In this document: positions 49,121 through 60,953 of the stretch, in pieces | How positions within the stretch are numbered: the stretch's first letter is position 1 | How the letters are laid out: each line of letters opens with the position of its first letter | Assembly: GCA_965223155.1 (NCBI GenBank) | Contig: CBDCVR010000015.1 | Span: 704,001 to 768,000 of the forward strand | DNA length: 64,000 nt | Origin: Candidatus Multivoradales bacterium | Lineage (GTDB): Bacteria > Acidobacteriota > Thermoanaerobaculia > Multivoradales > JAHEKO01 | Direction: 5' to 3' | The notes under the pieces: generated by a model | What the model was told of the DNA's origin: nothing | Seen by the model: only the letters and a program-made list of their open reading frames with translations | Databases searched by the model: none | Made by a program: the position numbers and the translations under genes

Positions 49121-50638
49121 ATGATGGCGAGGCCGCGAACTCTAGGCCTTCTCGGAGCGACGCTGGCGATCGCGGCCGCGGTTGCCGGCTGTGCCGAGAC
49201 TCGCAAGGCGGACGGCCAGCGCCACTCCGAGCTTTGGGGCGCGCGCGGAGAGCTCTGGCGACCCGATGGCCGGTTGCCGGACTTCTCCCATGCCGGCTAC
49301 CGGGGGGGCGCGGAGCTGCCGCGCGTTCCGGTGGCCGCCAACGTCCGCGCCTTCGGCGCCCGTGGCGACGGCACTACCGACGACGGCCCCGCCTTCGTCG
49401 CAGCGATCGCCGCCGTTGCCGCCACCGGCAAGCCCGGGGCGGTCTGGATCCCTCCGGGGCGCTACCTCATCCGGGAGGTGCTCTTCCTCAAGACCAGCGG
49501 CGTGGTTCTGCGCGGCGCCGGCCCGGAGACGACGACCCTGGTCTTCCCGGAGCCCTTGTTCGAAGCGCTGGGCGAGGGGCCCTGGGGCGGCCCCTACGGC
49601 TGGTCCTGGGGGGGCGGCTGGATCTGGGCGCACGGCGAGTTCGAGGAGCTGCCGGCCGTCGCCCGGATCGTCCGGGACGCGGCGCGCGGCGCCACCGAGC
49701 TGGCCGTTGACGCCGCCGCCCGGCTCGAAGGCGGCGACCTCGTTCGTCTGCTCCAGACCGAGACCGACGGATCGCTCTCCACGCACCTTCACGCCGACAA
49801 CGAGTTTCCCGGACCGTGCTGGGTCGAGAGGCCCGGCTTCCGAACCATCGACTGGGTCGTGCCGATTGAGCGCGTCGGCCGCGACCAGGTCACTTTGGCC
49901 CGTCCGCTCCGGGTCGACGTTCGCACCGAGTGGAGCCCGGCCCTGGCGCCGTTTCGGGCCTCGGTACGCGAGGTCGGCGTCGAAGACCTCGCGATCGAGT
50001 TCCCGGAGGTGCCCTACGCCGGCCACCACATGGAGCCCGGCTACAACGCGATCTACTTCCACGACGTGGTCGATTCCTGGGTCCAAAACGTCGAGGTACG
50101 GAACTTCGACAACGCGATCTCTTTCTGGCACAACCGCCACTCGACCGCGCGCCACCTGCGCCTGACCGGCCGGGGCGGTCACTACGCCGTCAATCTGGGG
50201 GCCTCGCAAGACAGCCTGGTCACCGACTTCGTTCTCGAGAACCGATCGGAGCACGATCTGTCGGTGTCGAACCTCGCCAACGGCAACGTCTTTACGACCG
50301 GCCGGGGCGTGGCCGTCAACCTCGACCATCATCGAGGAGCGCCCTACGAGAACCTCTTCTCGAACATCGACCTGGGCGAGTCCTGGCGGACGAAACGCGT
50401 GTGGGCCTCGAGCGGCGCCGAGTCCGGGCACATCTCGGCCGCCCGCGAAACCTTCTGGAACCTTCGGCCGCAGGTCTCGACCCGATGGATCCCGCCATGG
50501 CCAGCGCTCAATGTGATCGGCCCGCTGGAGGCGACCCGGGAATCGCGCAAGGTATTCGAGGACGCTTGGCTCGAAGACCGCCCGGCGCTCGAGCCGACCG
50601 ATCTCTACGCCGCTCAGGTGGCCGCGCGGCGGCGCTAG
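49121..50638 (+). CDS. Pectate-lyase-3-like beta-helix lipoprotein
   Basis: VAGC lipobox; PDFSHAGY, NVRAFGARGDGTTDD..AF..AI, IPPGRY, VVLRGAG. Confidence 0.8.
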   Translation: MMARPRTLGLLGATLAIAAAVAGCAETRKADGQRHSELWGARGELWRPDGRLPDFSHAGYRGGAELPRVPVAANVRAFGARGDGTTDDGPAFVAAIAAVAATGKPGAVWIPPGRYLIREVLFLKTSGVVLRGAGPETTTLVFPEPLFEALGEGPWGGPYGWSWGGGWIWAHGEFEELPAVARIVRDAARGATELAVDAAARLEGGDLVRLLQTETDGSLSTHLHADNEFPGPCWVERPGFRTIDWVVPIERVGRDQVTLARPLRVDVRTEWSPALAPFRASVREVGVEDLAIEFPEVPYAGHHMEPGYNAIYFHDVVDSWVQNVEVRNFDNAISFWHNRHSTARHLRLTGRGGHYAVNLGASQDSLVTDFVLENRSEHDLSVSNLANGNVFTTGRGVAVNLDHHRGAPYENLFSNIDLGESWRTKRVWASSGAESGHISAARETFWNLRPQVSTRWIPPWPALNVIGPLEATRESRKVFEDAWLEDRPALEPTDLYAAQVAARRR

Positions 50639-50674
50639 CGGTCTTCACGCCGGAGGCCCGGCGAGAAACCAGCG

Positions 50675-52762
50675 CTAGTTGCCCAGGTAGCCGAGCGCTT
50701 CGAGCTGCTTACGCAGCTCCGGGTCGGCTTCCAGGTCTTCCAGATGCAGGCCCTGCTCGGTCCAGGCCTTGCCCACCAGCTCGTCGAGCCGAGCTTCGAA
50801 GCGGGCCCGGAGCTCGGCGCGCTCGTCGGCCAGGTTGCTTTGCTCCCGAGGATCGGTACCCAGGTCGTAGAGCTCTTGAATCAACTCTTGGGCGTCCCCC
50901 GCCTCTGGGATTGGGGGATCCGCGCCGCGCAACGTACGCACGTACTTGAAGCCGCGGAACCGCACCGCCTTGGCGATGGTGTCCCGAATGTGGACGTGCT
51001 CGGCAAGGGCGTCCACCTCGGACAGCTTCTCGCCCCGGAGTAGCGGCACCAGGCTCCGGCCCTGGACCGCGGGATCCACCGGCAGCCCGAGAAGCTCGAA
51101 CACCGTCGGCAGGACGTCGATCAGCCGCACCTGCTGGCCGATGACGCCTTCGCCATCGCCGGCAATCCCCAGCTCTCTGCGCAGCGCCTTGGGCACGTGC
51201 ACGATGAGCGGCACCAAGAGCTGATGGTCGTAGAGGTTCTGGCCGTGGCGCCAGGTGCCATGCTCCCAGAACTGCTCGCCGTGGTCGCTGGTGATGACGA
51301 CGATCGCCCGCGACAGCAGATCGCTGCCCGCGAGCCGGTCGAGAAGGGCGCCGAGCTGGTCATCGGTGAACCGAATGTCGCCGTCGTAGAGCGCCTTGAT
51401 GTAGACCTTCTCCTCGGCGGTCAGCTCCTTGTCGAACCGTTTCCAGCGGTTCTCGTCGAAGTAGCCATCGAGCCGTCCTGAGGGCAGACCTTCGGCGAAG
51501 GTGGTGCTCACGTACGGATCGTGCGGCTCGTAGGTGTGGAGAAAGACGAAGCGCTTGCGGCCCGTTCCGGCCTCGAGGGCGGCTTCCAGCGGCTCCGGCT
51601 GGCGCAGCCAGTCATGGATGCGATAGGTGTCGAACCCGCTCGACAGCTCCAACCGGTGGTGCATGACGCCGCCGCCGGTCCAGGCCTCGGTGCGGTACCC
51701 GGCTTCCCAAAGGCGCTCGGCCAGGAGCTTGGGCTCGAGGCCGCCATGCGACTGTGGATAGAGGCCGCTAAAGAGCGACCGGTGCGCCGGATAGGTCCAG
51801 GGCGCGGTGCTCACCGCGGTCGCGAAGCGAAAGGAGCGCTCGGCATAGGCATCCATCCAGGGGCTGGTATCGCGCTCGTAGCCGTAGCTCCCCAGGTGAT
51901 CCGCCCGCAGGGTGTCGAGGCTGATGAGGACGACGTTCCAGCCGGCCTCGACCTGGTCGCGGCCGCGAATCTCGGGCGACGAGATGAGCGCCCAGTCCGA
52001 GCGGCCGGCCCGGGTCTCTCCGACTCGGCTCTCTCCCGGCTCGGTTTCGAAGACCAGCTCGATCGGCCCCCGGGCCGCCGGGCCAAGACGCTCTGCCAGG
52101 TCGATCTCGACATCGACCCAGGCGGCGTCGAGTCCGACCCCCACCGTGCGCTCGAAGAGCTTCGTGAACTCCTCCGGCTCGGCGCCCTCGGTCTCGGACG
52201 CCACCGGACGCGCCAGAAGCCGGAATCGAACCTCGCCCTCCCACGATCGGTTGGCGGAGTCTCCGGGCCCATCGCCGGCGCCGCCCGTTGCGCCCAACGC
52301 CAGATCCGCCGAGACCTCGGCGGCCGGCTCGGGTGGCGACTCGGGCAAGGCCCCGACGCCGAAGGTCAGGACCGCGTCCCGGGGCAGATCCAACCGGTAC
52401 CGGAAGCGCGCGCCGGCCGGCCCGAAAAGACACAACCGCTCTTCGCTGCCGCCGGTCGCGGCCTGAAGGGCCAGGCGCGCGGTATGCCCGCGCACGCGGA
52501 CCTTGCCGTCGCGCCGGCGAGCCTTGCGGGCCATCCGGCGTAGCCCGGCCTTGCTCTTGCGGCTGGCGTCGGCCAGCTCGACGTTGGCCGCCTCGGTGCG
52601 GTCGAGAAGCCGGATCGTGCGCGCGGTGCCGGCGCCGTCTCCGCCAGGCTGCCCGCAGCCCAGAGCCTGAAGCCCACCCAGAACGGCAACCAGAAAGCCC
52701 GCCGCGGTCCACCGCCCGACTCGGTTCGGCCAGCGCACGACAAGCGTCGTCCTAGCCGGCAT
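50675..52762 (-). CDS. Sulfatase-like hydrolase (alkaline phosphatase superfamily)
   Basis: SLDTLRADHL, APWTYPAH, PHDPY, YDGDI, TSDHGE, ELYDL..DPRE. Confidence 0.88.
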   Translation of the reverse strand: MPARTTLVVRWPNRVGRWTAAGFLVAVLGGLQALGCGQPGGDGAGTARTIRLLDRTEAANVELADASRKSKAGLRRMARKARRRDGKVRVRGHTARLALQAATGGSEERLCLFGPAGARFRYRLDLPRDAVLTFGVGALPESPPEPAAEVSADLALGATGGAGDGPGDSANRSWEGEVRFRLLARPVASETEGAEPEEFTKLFERTVGVGLDAAWVDVEIDLAERLGPAARGPIELVFETEPGESRVGETRAGRSDWALISSPEIRGRDQVEAGWNVVLISLDTLRADHLGSYGYERDTSPWMDAYAERSFRFATAVSTAPWTYPAHRSLFSGLYPQSHGGLEPKLLAERLWEAGYRTEAWTGGGVMHHRLELSSGFDTYRIHDWLRQPEPLEAALEAGTGRKRFVFLHTYEPHDPYVSTTFAEGLPSGRLDGYFDENRWKRFDKELTAEEKVYIKALYDGDIRFTDDQLGALLDRLAGSDLLSRAIVVITSDHGEQFWEHGTWRHGQNLYDHQLLVPLIVHVPKALRRELGIAGDGEGVIGQQVRLIDVLPTVFELLGLPVDPAVQGRSLVPLLRGEKLSEVDALAEHVHIRDTIAKAVRFRGFKYVRTLRGADPPIPEAGDAQELIQELYDLGTDPREQSNLADERAELRARFEARLDELVGKAWTEQGLHLEDLEADPELRKQLEALGYLGN

Positions 52763-54561
52763 CACGACGGCAGCTCGAGACTTTCCAGCTCATCCAAGAT
52801 GGATTCGACAATCGCGAACCCTCCCCGCCAGAACTCGATGTCGGCCATGTCGACTCCGGCCTCGGCCAGGATCGCCTCGGGCCGCGCTGCGCCGCCCCAG
52901 GACAGGAGCCTCAGGTAGCCGGGCACGAACGCCGCTCCCTCGTCTCGGTACCGCTGGTAGAGCGCCAGCACCAGCAGCTGGCCGAAGCTGTAGGCGTAGC
53001 AGTAAAACGGCGTGTGGAAGATATGCGGGATCGCTACCCACTCGCGCCCGAAGGCCTCCGGCACCTCGACCGCGTCCCCGAACTGCTCCTTCAGAAGCTC
53101 AAGGTAGATCCCGTTCAGCTCTTCCGGTGTAGCGCCCGCCACGATCGCCTCGTGCGCCTTCTCCTCGAAGAGGACGAAGTAGGCCTGCCGCAGCACGGTC
53201 GCGTAGATATCATCGAGGGACGATGCCAGGAGATCCCGCCGCACCGAGGGATCGGACTCCTCGGCCAGCATCCGGTCCACCAGCAGCCGCTCGGCAAAGA
53301 CCGACGCGGTCTCGGCCAGGGGCAGGCTGGCGTGCTGGGTCAGGACCGAGTGTTCCTCCGCCTGCATCGAGTGGACGGCATGACCGAGCTCGTGGGCCAG
53401 GGTCGCGACATCGCGCACCTTGCCGGTGTAGTTGACCAGGAGCCATGGCGTCTGCTCGGGCAGAATCGTGGCGCAGAAGGCGCCGCCCTTCTTGCCGGTC
53501 CGGACCTCGGCGTCAATGTGGTCGTCCTCGAACACCCGTCGAGCCAGGGCGGCGACGCCTGGATCGAAATCCTCAAACGTCTCGAGCACCAAACGTACGG
53601 CCTGGTCGTAGTCGATGCGCCTGTCGGACTCGGCCAGCGGCGAGTAGAGATCGGCCCGGGCCAGACGCTTCGAGCCCAACCGGCCGGCCTTCCAGCGAAA
53701 GTAGCGCTGGAAGATCGGAGCCGCTTCCCGGCAGGCTTCGAGCAGAGCCTCGACCGCCGCCCGTGGAATATCGTTGGCGACGTTGCGCACCGCGATCGGG
53801 GAGTCAAAGCCACGCAACCGCACGTTCTCGGCCTGCCAGTCGAGTACCCGGTTCACATAGATCTGGCCCAGGATCTTGGCCTCGCCCTCGAACACCGTGA
53901 GTAGCTCCTCGTAGGCCGCCGCCCGAAGCTCGGGCCGCGGCGAGTAGACGTTGGCCATGAGCGCGTCGCGGGTCAGGGTCCGCTGTTCGCCGTCGATCTC
54001 GAGCTCGAACTCCAGCCGGTTGGTGAGCATCGAGTAGAGCGTCAGGACCGCCGAGATGCCGTTGGTGTCCTTGACGTTGACGATCTGCTCGGCGGTCTCC
54101 TCGAGCATGAAGGGCCGGGTCCGGCGCAGGTCCTCGAGAAAGTGCCTGAGATCGGCTTCGGTCTCGGCCGGCGGCAAGAGCCTCTGGGCCGCATCGTCGT
54201 CGAGCCCCTTCCACCACAGGCTGAAGAAAACCACCCGGTTGTGAAGATCGGTCAGCTCACGATCCATCCGATTGCGGTAGGCGAGCGCGGCTTCGGACTG
54301 GGTGTCCTCGGCGAACCAGAGCGCGCCAAAGCCCGACAAGACATACGAGTGGGCGGCCATGCGCTCGTACACCCGCACCAGCTCGAGGAACCGGTCCGGA
54401 CCGGGGCCGGACTCGAGCTCCGAACGAGCTTGCTCCAGGACCTCGACGTCCCGCTCGACCTCGGCCAGCCGCTCGCGCACCACGGCATCGCTCGGCTCCG
54501 AAACCAGCTCGGTCAGGCTCCAGCCTTGCTGTCGATACGCGCCTAGCGCCGCTTCCGTCAT
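52762..54561 (-). CDS. pepF: M3-family oligoendopeptidase F
   Basis: GKKGGAFC, TLAHELGHAVH, LAETASVFAE, PFYCYAYSFG. Confidence 0.9.
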   Translation of the reverse strand: MTEAALGAYRQQGWSLTELVSEPSDAVVRERLAEVERDVEVLEQARSELESGPGPDRFLELVRVYERMAAHSYVLSGFGALWFAEDTQSEAALAYRNRMDRELTDLHNRVVFFSLWWKGLDDDAAQRLLPPAETEADLRHFLEDLRRTRPFMLEETAEQIVNVKDTNGISAVLTLYSMLTNRLEFELEIDGEQRTLTRDALMANVYSPRPELRAAAYEELLTVFEGEAKILGQIYVNRVLDWQAENVRLRGFDSPIAVRNVANDIPRAAVEALLEACREAAPIFQRYFRWKAGRLGSKRLARADLYSPLAESDRRIDYDQAVRLVLETFEDFDPGVAALARRVFEDDHIDAEVRTGKKGGAFCATILPEQTPWLLVNYTGKVRDVATLAHELGHAVHSMQAEEHSVLTQHASLPLAETASVFAERLLVDRMLAEESDPSVRRDLLASSLDDIYATVLRQAYFVLFEEKAHEAIVAGATPEELNGIYLELLKEQFGDAVEVPEAFGREWVAIPHIFHTPFYCYAYSFGQLLVLALYQRYRDEGAAFVPGYLRLLSWGGAARPEAILAEAGVDMADIEFWRGGFAIVESILDELESLELPS

Positions 54562-54599
54562 CAACCGCCTTTCCGCCTCCCGGCCCGCTCGGCCGGACG

Positions 54600-55085
54600 C
54601 TATTCCGTCGTCGCCGTATCGCCGGACTCGTCGAGCGCCGCCTGGAGCGTATGCCAAGCCAGCGTCGCGCACTTCACCCGCACCGGAAACTCGCGCACGC
54701 CCTCGAACACGGCGAGCTTGCCCAGCTCGGCGCCGGCCTCGGCCCGAACGCTCGGATCGCCGGTCAGGAGCTCATGAAAGGACTCGAAGAGGGTCTCGAT
54801 CTCGGCCACGGTCTTGCCCTTGACCGCCTCGGTCATGAGCGAGGCCGAGGCCTTCGAGATCGCGCAGCCGCTGCCGTCGAAGCGAATGTCCCGAACCGTG
54901 CCGCCCTCGGCTTCCCGGTCGAGCCCCACCGAGAGCGTCAACCGGTCGCCACACAGGGGGTTGTGGCCGACCGCGTGGTGCAGCTCGCCGGTGGCGACCT
55001 GGCCCTCGTCCAGGGACCCGAAATTACGCGGGTTCTTGTTGTGATCCAGGATCACCTCCTGGTACAGATCGTACAGATCGGTCAA
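54600..55085 (-). CDS. sufU: SUF system NifU-family protein
   Basis: LYQEVILDH, NPLCGD, GCAIS.ASAS, RVKCATLAW. Confidence 0.95.
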   Translation of the reverse strand: MTDLYDLYQEVILDHNKNPRNFGSLDEGQVATGELHHAVGHNPLCGDRLTLSVGLDREAEGGTVRDIRFDGSGCAISKASASLMTEAVKGKTVAEIETLFESFHELLTGDPSVRAEAGAELGKLAVFEGVREFPVRVKCATLAWHTLQAALDESGDTATTE

Positions 55086-56308
55086 CTGAACACCTCGCGC
55101 ACAGTCTGCAGCGCCGCGACCAGCCGGTCAACGTCGGCCTCGGTGTTGTAGAGAGCCAGTGAAGCACGGGCGGTCGCGGGCACGCCGAAGTGATCCATCA
55201 CCGGCTGGGCGCAATGATGGCCGACCCGGATGGCGACGCCCTCGCGGTCTACGATGGTGCCAACGTCGTGGGCGTGGACGCCGTCCAGGACAAACGAGAG
55301 AACTCCAGCCTTATGGGAAGCGGTACCGATCAGGCGGAGCCCGTCCACGGTTTCGAGAGCGTGGGTGCCGTAGGCCAGAAGCCGCCGCTCGTGCTCCTCG
55401 ATCGCTTCGAGTCCGACCCGCTCGAAGAAGTCCACCACCGCGCCCAGACCGACGGCCCCGGCGATGTTGGGGGTGCCGGCCTCAAAGCGGGCGGGTGGTT
55501 CGCGGTACTCGCTGCCGGCGAGGCTCACCGAGGTAATCATCTCGCCGCCACCCTGATATGGGGGCATGGCCTCCAAGAGCTCGTAGCGGCCCCAGAGCGC
55601 GCCGATGCCGGTGGGCCCGAAGGCCTTGTGCCCCGAGAAGGCATAGAAGTCGCAGCCCAGCGCCTGGACATCGACCCGGCCGTGGGGCACGCCCTGAGCG
55701 CCGTCCACCAAGACCGGCACGCCGGCGGCGTGCGCCCGCTCGACGATCTCACGGATCGGATTGACCGTCCCGAGAGCGTTCGAGATGTGGCCGACAGCAA
55801 GGATACGGGCGCGGTCGGTGAGCTTCCTGTCGAGCTCATCCAGGACGAGCTGGCCCCTGTCATCGATGGGCACGACCTCCAGACGCGCGCCGGCCGCCTC
55901 GCACAGCATCTGCCAGGGCACGATGTTCGAGTGGTGCTCCATCTCGGTGACCAGGACCTCGTCTCCGGCCCCGACCCGGGCTTTCCCAAAGGTCGCGGCC
56001 ACCAGGTTGATGGACTCGGTGGTGCCGCGGGTGAAGACGATCTCGTCTGTGCGCGGCGCGTTGAGCAGGCGGGCGACCTTCTTCCGCGCCCCCTCGTAGG
56101 CCTCGGTGGCTCGTTGCGACAGGAAGTGAACGCCCCGGTGGACGTTCGAGTAGAAGCGCTCGTAGCAGTCCCGCTCGGCATCCAGAACCGATACCGGCTT
56201 CTGCGCCGAGGCGGCGCTGTCGAGATACACGAGCGGCTTGCCATAGACCTCGGCCGCGAGCGCCGGAAACTCGGCACGGATCGTCTCGACGTCGAATGGC
56301 GACGCCAT
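55082..56308 (-). CDS. sufS: Cysteine desulfurase
   Basis: YLDSAASAQKP, EHHSN, FSGHK, RVGHHCAQP; the start may lie at 56341 or 56365. Confidence 0.95.
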   Translation of the reverse strand: MASPFDVETIRAEFPALAAEVYGKPLVYLDSAASAQKPVSVLDAERDCYERFYSNVHRGVHFLSQRATEAYEGARKKVARLLNAPRTDEIVFTRGTTESINLVAATFGKARVGAGDEVLVTEMEHHSNIVPWQMLCEAAGARLEVVPIDDRGQLVLDELDRKLTDRARILAVGHISNALGTVNPIREIVERAHAAGVPVLVDGAQGVPHGRVDVQALGCDFYAFSGHKAFGPTGIGALWGRYELLEAMPPYQGGGEMITSVSLAGSEYREPPARFEAGTPNIAGAVGLGAVVDFFERVGLEAIEEHERRLLAYGTHALETVDGLRLIGTASHKAGVLSFVLDGVHAHDVGTIVDREGVAIRVGHHCAQPVMDHFGVPATARASLALYNTEADVDRLVAALQTVREVFS

Positions 56309-56387
56309 CTTCGGTCCTTGGGCTCTATCGGCTGGCTTCATCGTCGTCGCGTCCGCACGCCCCACGGGACGTTTCCAGCCCCGCGCG

Positions 56388-57755
56388 CTAGACCGCCTGG
56401 CGAACCACTTCGCCGCGCGGCAGGCGCCGGAACAGGAACTCCTCGAGATCCTGACGGACCTCGGGAATCCGGATCCTCTCGACGATGTCGGCCGCGAAAG
56501 CGTAGGTCAAGAGGCTGCGCGCCGCGACCTCGCCGATTCCGCGCGAGCGGAGATAGAAGACCGCGATGTCGTCCAGCTCACCCACGGTCGACCCGTGCGT
56601 GCACTTGACGTCGTCGGCAAAGATCTCGAGCTGCGGATTGGAGTGGACGAGCGCCGCCGGCGAGAGCAAGAGGTTGCGGTTGGTTTGCTTGGCGTCGGTC
56701 TTCTGAGCGCCGGGATGGACGAAGATCCGGCCGTTGAAGACGGCCCGCGCCTGGCCTTCCAGAATCCCTTTGAAGAGCTCGTGGCTGTCGCAGTTGGGCT
56801 GCACGTGATCGACCCGCATGTGATTGTCAACGAGCTGGTCGCCCTCGACCATGTAGAGGCCGTTGAGCGTGGCCTCGCAACCTTCGCCGTCGAGCACCGC
56901 GTTGACGTCGTTCCGGACGATGGCCCCGCCCCAGGAGATCGAATGGGTCGAGAAGTTGCTCGACCGGTCGAGTTGCATCTGGAAGGTCGCCAGATGAAAG
57001 GCCTCGGTCGACTCGCGCTGGAGCTTGTAGTGATCCACGACCGCGTTCGGCGCCAGCACCACCTCGGTCACCGGGCTCACCAGGTACGAGCCGGCGCTGC
57101 CCTCGGCGGTGGCGTACTGCTCGATCACCTTGGCCTGGGAGTTTTCCTCCGCCACGAAAAGATTGCGCGGGAACCTTGCGGGCGCCCCTGTGCCGGCTCC
57201 CCTGGCTCCAACATGAAGCACGTGCACCGGCCGCTCGACCACCACGCCCCGGGGGATGAAGACGAAGGCACCGTCCTCGTGGAGAGCCGAGTTGAGCGCC
57301 ACGAAGGCATGGTTCTCGAACGACGCGTAGTGGCCGAGGTACGGCTCGACCAGGTCGGGGTGCTCACGCCAGGCATCGGCAAGACTCGACACCAGGACAC
57401 CCTCGGGCAGCTCCTCCAGCCGGGAAAGCTCGGGATCGAGCCGGCCGTTGACGAAGACCAGCTCGGCGGTTCCGGCGTAGCGGAAACGCTCGATCGCGGG
57501 CACCGAAACGCTTGAAGCCTTCGCTGGATCCGCAGCAGCCTCCGCGACGGCGAAGTCGGTTTCGACGATCGGCCGGATGTTGGTCGAGCGCCATTCCTCG
57601 AGCTTGGTGGTCGGAAACCCGAGCTCGCCGAAACGTCCGATCGCGTCCCTGCGCATCTCGGCCAAGCGGCCCGGCTCGTGCCCGGCCCGAGAGGCCGAGA
57701 CTCGCTCGAAAGCGTCCAGAAAGCGGTCTTTCTCAGTCATGGTTGCGGTCGTCAC
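56388..57755 (-). CDS. sufD: Fe-S cluster assembly protein SufD
   Basis: GFPTTKLEEW, PQLEIFADDVKCTHG, FYLRSRGI. Confidence 0.94.
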   Translation of the reverse strand: MTTATMTEKDRFLDAFERVSASRAGHEPGRLAEMRRDAIGRFGELGFPTTKLEEWRSTNIRPIVETDFAVAEAAADPAKASSVSVPAIERFRYAGTAELVFVNGRLDPELSRLEELPEGVLVSSLADAWREHPDLVEPYLGHYASFENHAFVALNSALHEDGAFVFIPRGVVVERPVHVLHVGARGAGTGAPARFPRNLFVAEENSQAKVIEQYATAEGSAGSYLVSPVTEVVLAPNAVVDHYKLQRESTEAFHLATFQMQLDRSSNFSTHSISWGGAIVRNDVNAVLDGEGCEATLNGLYMVEGDQLVDNHMRVDHVQPNCDSHELFKGILEGQARAVFNGRIFVHPGAQKTDAKQTNRNLLLSPAALVHSNPQLEIFADDVKCTHGSTVGELDDIAVFYLRSRGIGEVAARSLLTYAFAADIVERIRIPEVRQDLEEFLFRRLPRGEVVRQAV

Positions 57756-57763
57756 GGCCGACC

Positions 57764-58558
57764 TCAGGCGCTCGGTGCCGCCGCCGAATCGGCATCGGGT
57801 TCCGCGGAGGGCGCGGTCTCGAGCCACTGGTAGCCCTTGTCCTCGAGCTCGAGCGCCAGCTCCTTGCCGCCGGTGCGCGCGATCTTGCCGTCCACCAGAA
57901 CGTGGACGACGTCCGGAACGATGTAGTTCAGGAGGCGCTGGTAGTGGGTGATGACCAGGAAGGCCCGGTTCTCGGCGCGCAACTGGTTGACGCCGTCGGC
58001 CACGACCTTCAAGGCGTCGATGTCGAGCCCAGAATCGGTCTCGTCCAGGACCGCCAGAACCGGGTCCAGAACCGCCATGTGAAAGATCTCGTTGCGCTTC
58101 TTCTCACCGCCCGAGAAGCCCTCGTTGACGGGCCGGTTCAGGAGCGCTTCGTCCATCTTGACCAGCTTCATCTTGTCGCGCACGTAGTTGAGGAAGTCCA
58201 TCGCGTCCATCTCCTCCTGGCCGCGGTGCTTGCGGATGGCGTTGAGCGCCGCCTTCAGAAAGTAGACGTTCGAAACTCCCGGGATCTCGACCGGGTACTG
58301 GAAGGCCAGGAAGATGCCTTCGCGGGCGCGTTCCTCGGGCGCCAGCTCGGCCAAGTCCTCGGCCTTGTAGAGGATCTCGCCCTCGGTGATCTCGTACTCC
58401 TCGCGGCCCGCCAGGACCTGCGCCAGGGTCGATTTCCCCGAGCCGTTCGGGCCCATGATGGCGTGCACCTGGCCCGGGTCCAGGGTCAGATCGACCCCCT
58501 TCAGAATCTCGGCGCCCTCCACGCTGACGTGGAGGTTCTTGATTTCGAGCAAACTCAT
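57764..58558 (-). CDS. sufC: Fe-S cluster assembly ATPase SufC
   Basis: GPNGSGKST, FQYPVEIPG, FSGGEKKR, DETDSGLD. Confidence 0.97.
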   Translation of the reverse strand: MSLLEIKNLHVSVEGAEILKGVDLTLDPGQVHAIMGPNGSGKSTLAQVLAGREEYEITEGEILYKAEDLAELAPEERAREGIFLAFQYPVEIPGVSNVYFLKAALNAIRKHRGQEEMDAMDFLNYVRDKMKLVKMDEALLNRPVNEGFSGGEKKRNEIFHMAVLDPVLAVLDETDSGLDIDALKVVADGVNQLRAENRAFLVITHYQRLLNYIVPDVVHVLVDGKIARTGGKELALELEDKGYQWLETAPSAEPDADSAAAPSA

Positions 58559-58611
58559 CGTCGTGGTTCCTTTGTCTTGGTTCTCGATTCGAATCCGGGT
58601 CCTGAGCGTCT

Positions 58612-60090
<1,479 letters not shown>

Positions 60091-60121
60091 GGAGTTGCTC
60101 CTGCGTTGCTCTTCAGGGTCG

Positions 60122-60592
60122 TTACGAGCGCTCGGCCCAGACGGATCGGGGGCTGGGCTCGGTCCCCAAGGTCACCAGCTCGACGCCCATGGGCTGGGCC
60201 ATCTCCGCCAAGGTGATGTTCTCGAGCGCGCCGCGAATGGCGTTGTTGATGCGTTGCCAGTTGGACCGCACCGCGCACGACGACTCGTGCGAGCACTCGC
60301 CCGGCGTGTCGTCGATGCACTCGGTAATCGCGATCGGACCGTCAAGCGCGGTGATGATGTCGGCCACCGTGACCTCGGCCGCTTCGCCCGCGAGGACGTA
60401 CCCGCCCTTGGCGCCACGATGAGACGTCAGGATCCCGGACCGGCCCAGCAGCTTCAAGATCTTCGACACCGTCGGCAGAGGCAGATGCACCTCGCCGGCG
60501 AGCTCCGAGGCCGTCACGATCCGCTCCGGATCGCCCGCCATGCGGGTCAGGAGCACGATGCCGTAGTCGGCCTGTTTGGTCATGCGAATCAT
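60122..60592 (-). CDS. Rrf2-family SUF regulator
   Basis: [16 protein letters not shown], three Cys (C-x6-C-x5-C); first gene of the suf operon. Confidence 0.93.
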   Translation of the reverse strand: MIRMTKQADYGIVLLTRMAGDPERIVTASELAGEVHLPLPTVSKILKLLGRSGILTSHRGAKGGYVLAGEAAEVTVADIITALDGPIAITECIDDTPGECSHESSCAVRSNWQRINNAIRGALENITLAEMAQPMGVELVTLGTEPSPRSVWAERS

Positions 60593-60718
60593 TGGACTGC
60601 GATCTGAATTGGACTGGGTGACTCGATCTGGCGAGTCTGGGGCTTGGCCTGGTTGACTTGAGCTCCTGCAGACCGGCTTGCGAGAGCCGGGGTTCGATCA
60701 CAGTCGGAGCTCGGAACA

Positions 60719-60780
60719 AATTCGGACCAAAATGGTCCTAATTGAGCGAAAAATGGTACCAGACGGCCCTCGCATGTCAA
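60719..60780 (-). promoter_or_regulatory. suf promoter TTGACA-16-(TGn)TACCAT and palindromic Rrf2 operator AATTCGGACCA-AAA-TGGTCCTAATT (60719-60743)
   Basis: Read directly; the operator lies just downstream of the predicted TSS. Confidence 0.75.
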
Positions 60781-60856
60781 GCCGCGAGGACCTATCGCTG
60801 TACGCTACGAACCTCGGCTGTGGCGCTCGGCCGCCACCGCCGCCATCCACCCGCAT

Positions 60857-60885
60857 CGCCCAACCCGCCCAACCCGCCCAACCCG
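60857..60885. repeat. Intergenic 9-bp tandem repeat CGCCCAACC x3
   Basis: Direct reading. Confidence 0.8.
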
Positions 60886-60953
60886 ATGGAACAGATGCTA
60901 CGCTCTTAACCTTCTACACCTCGAGCGAGGAACCGACCGAAGGAGAGCGTCCC

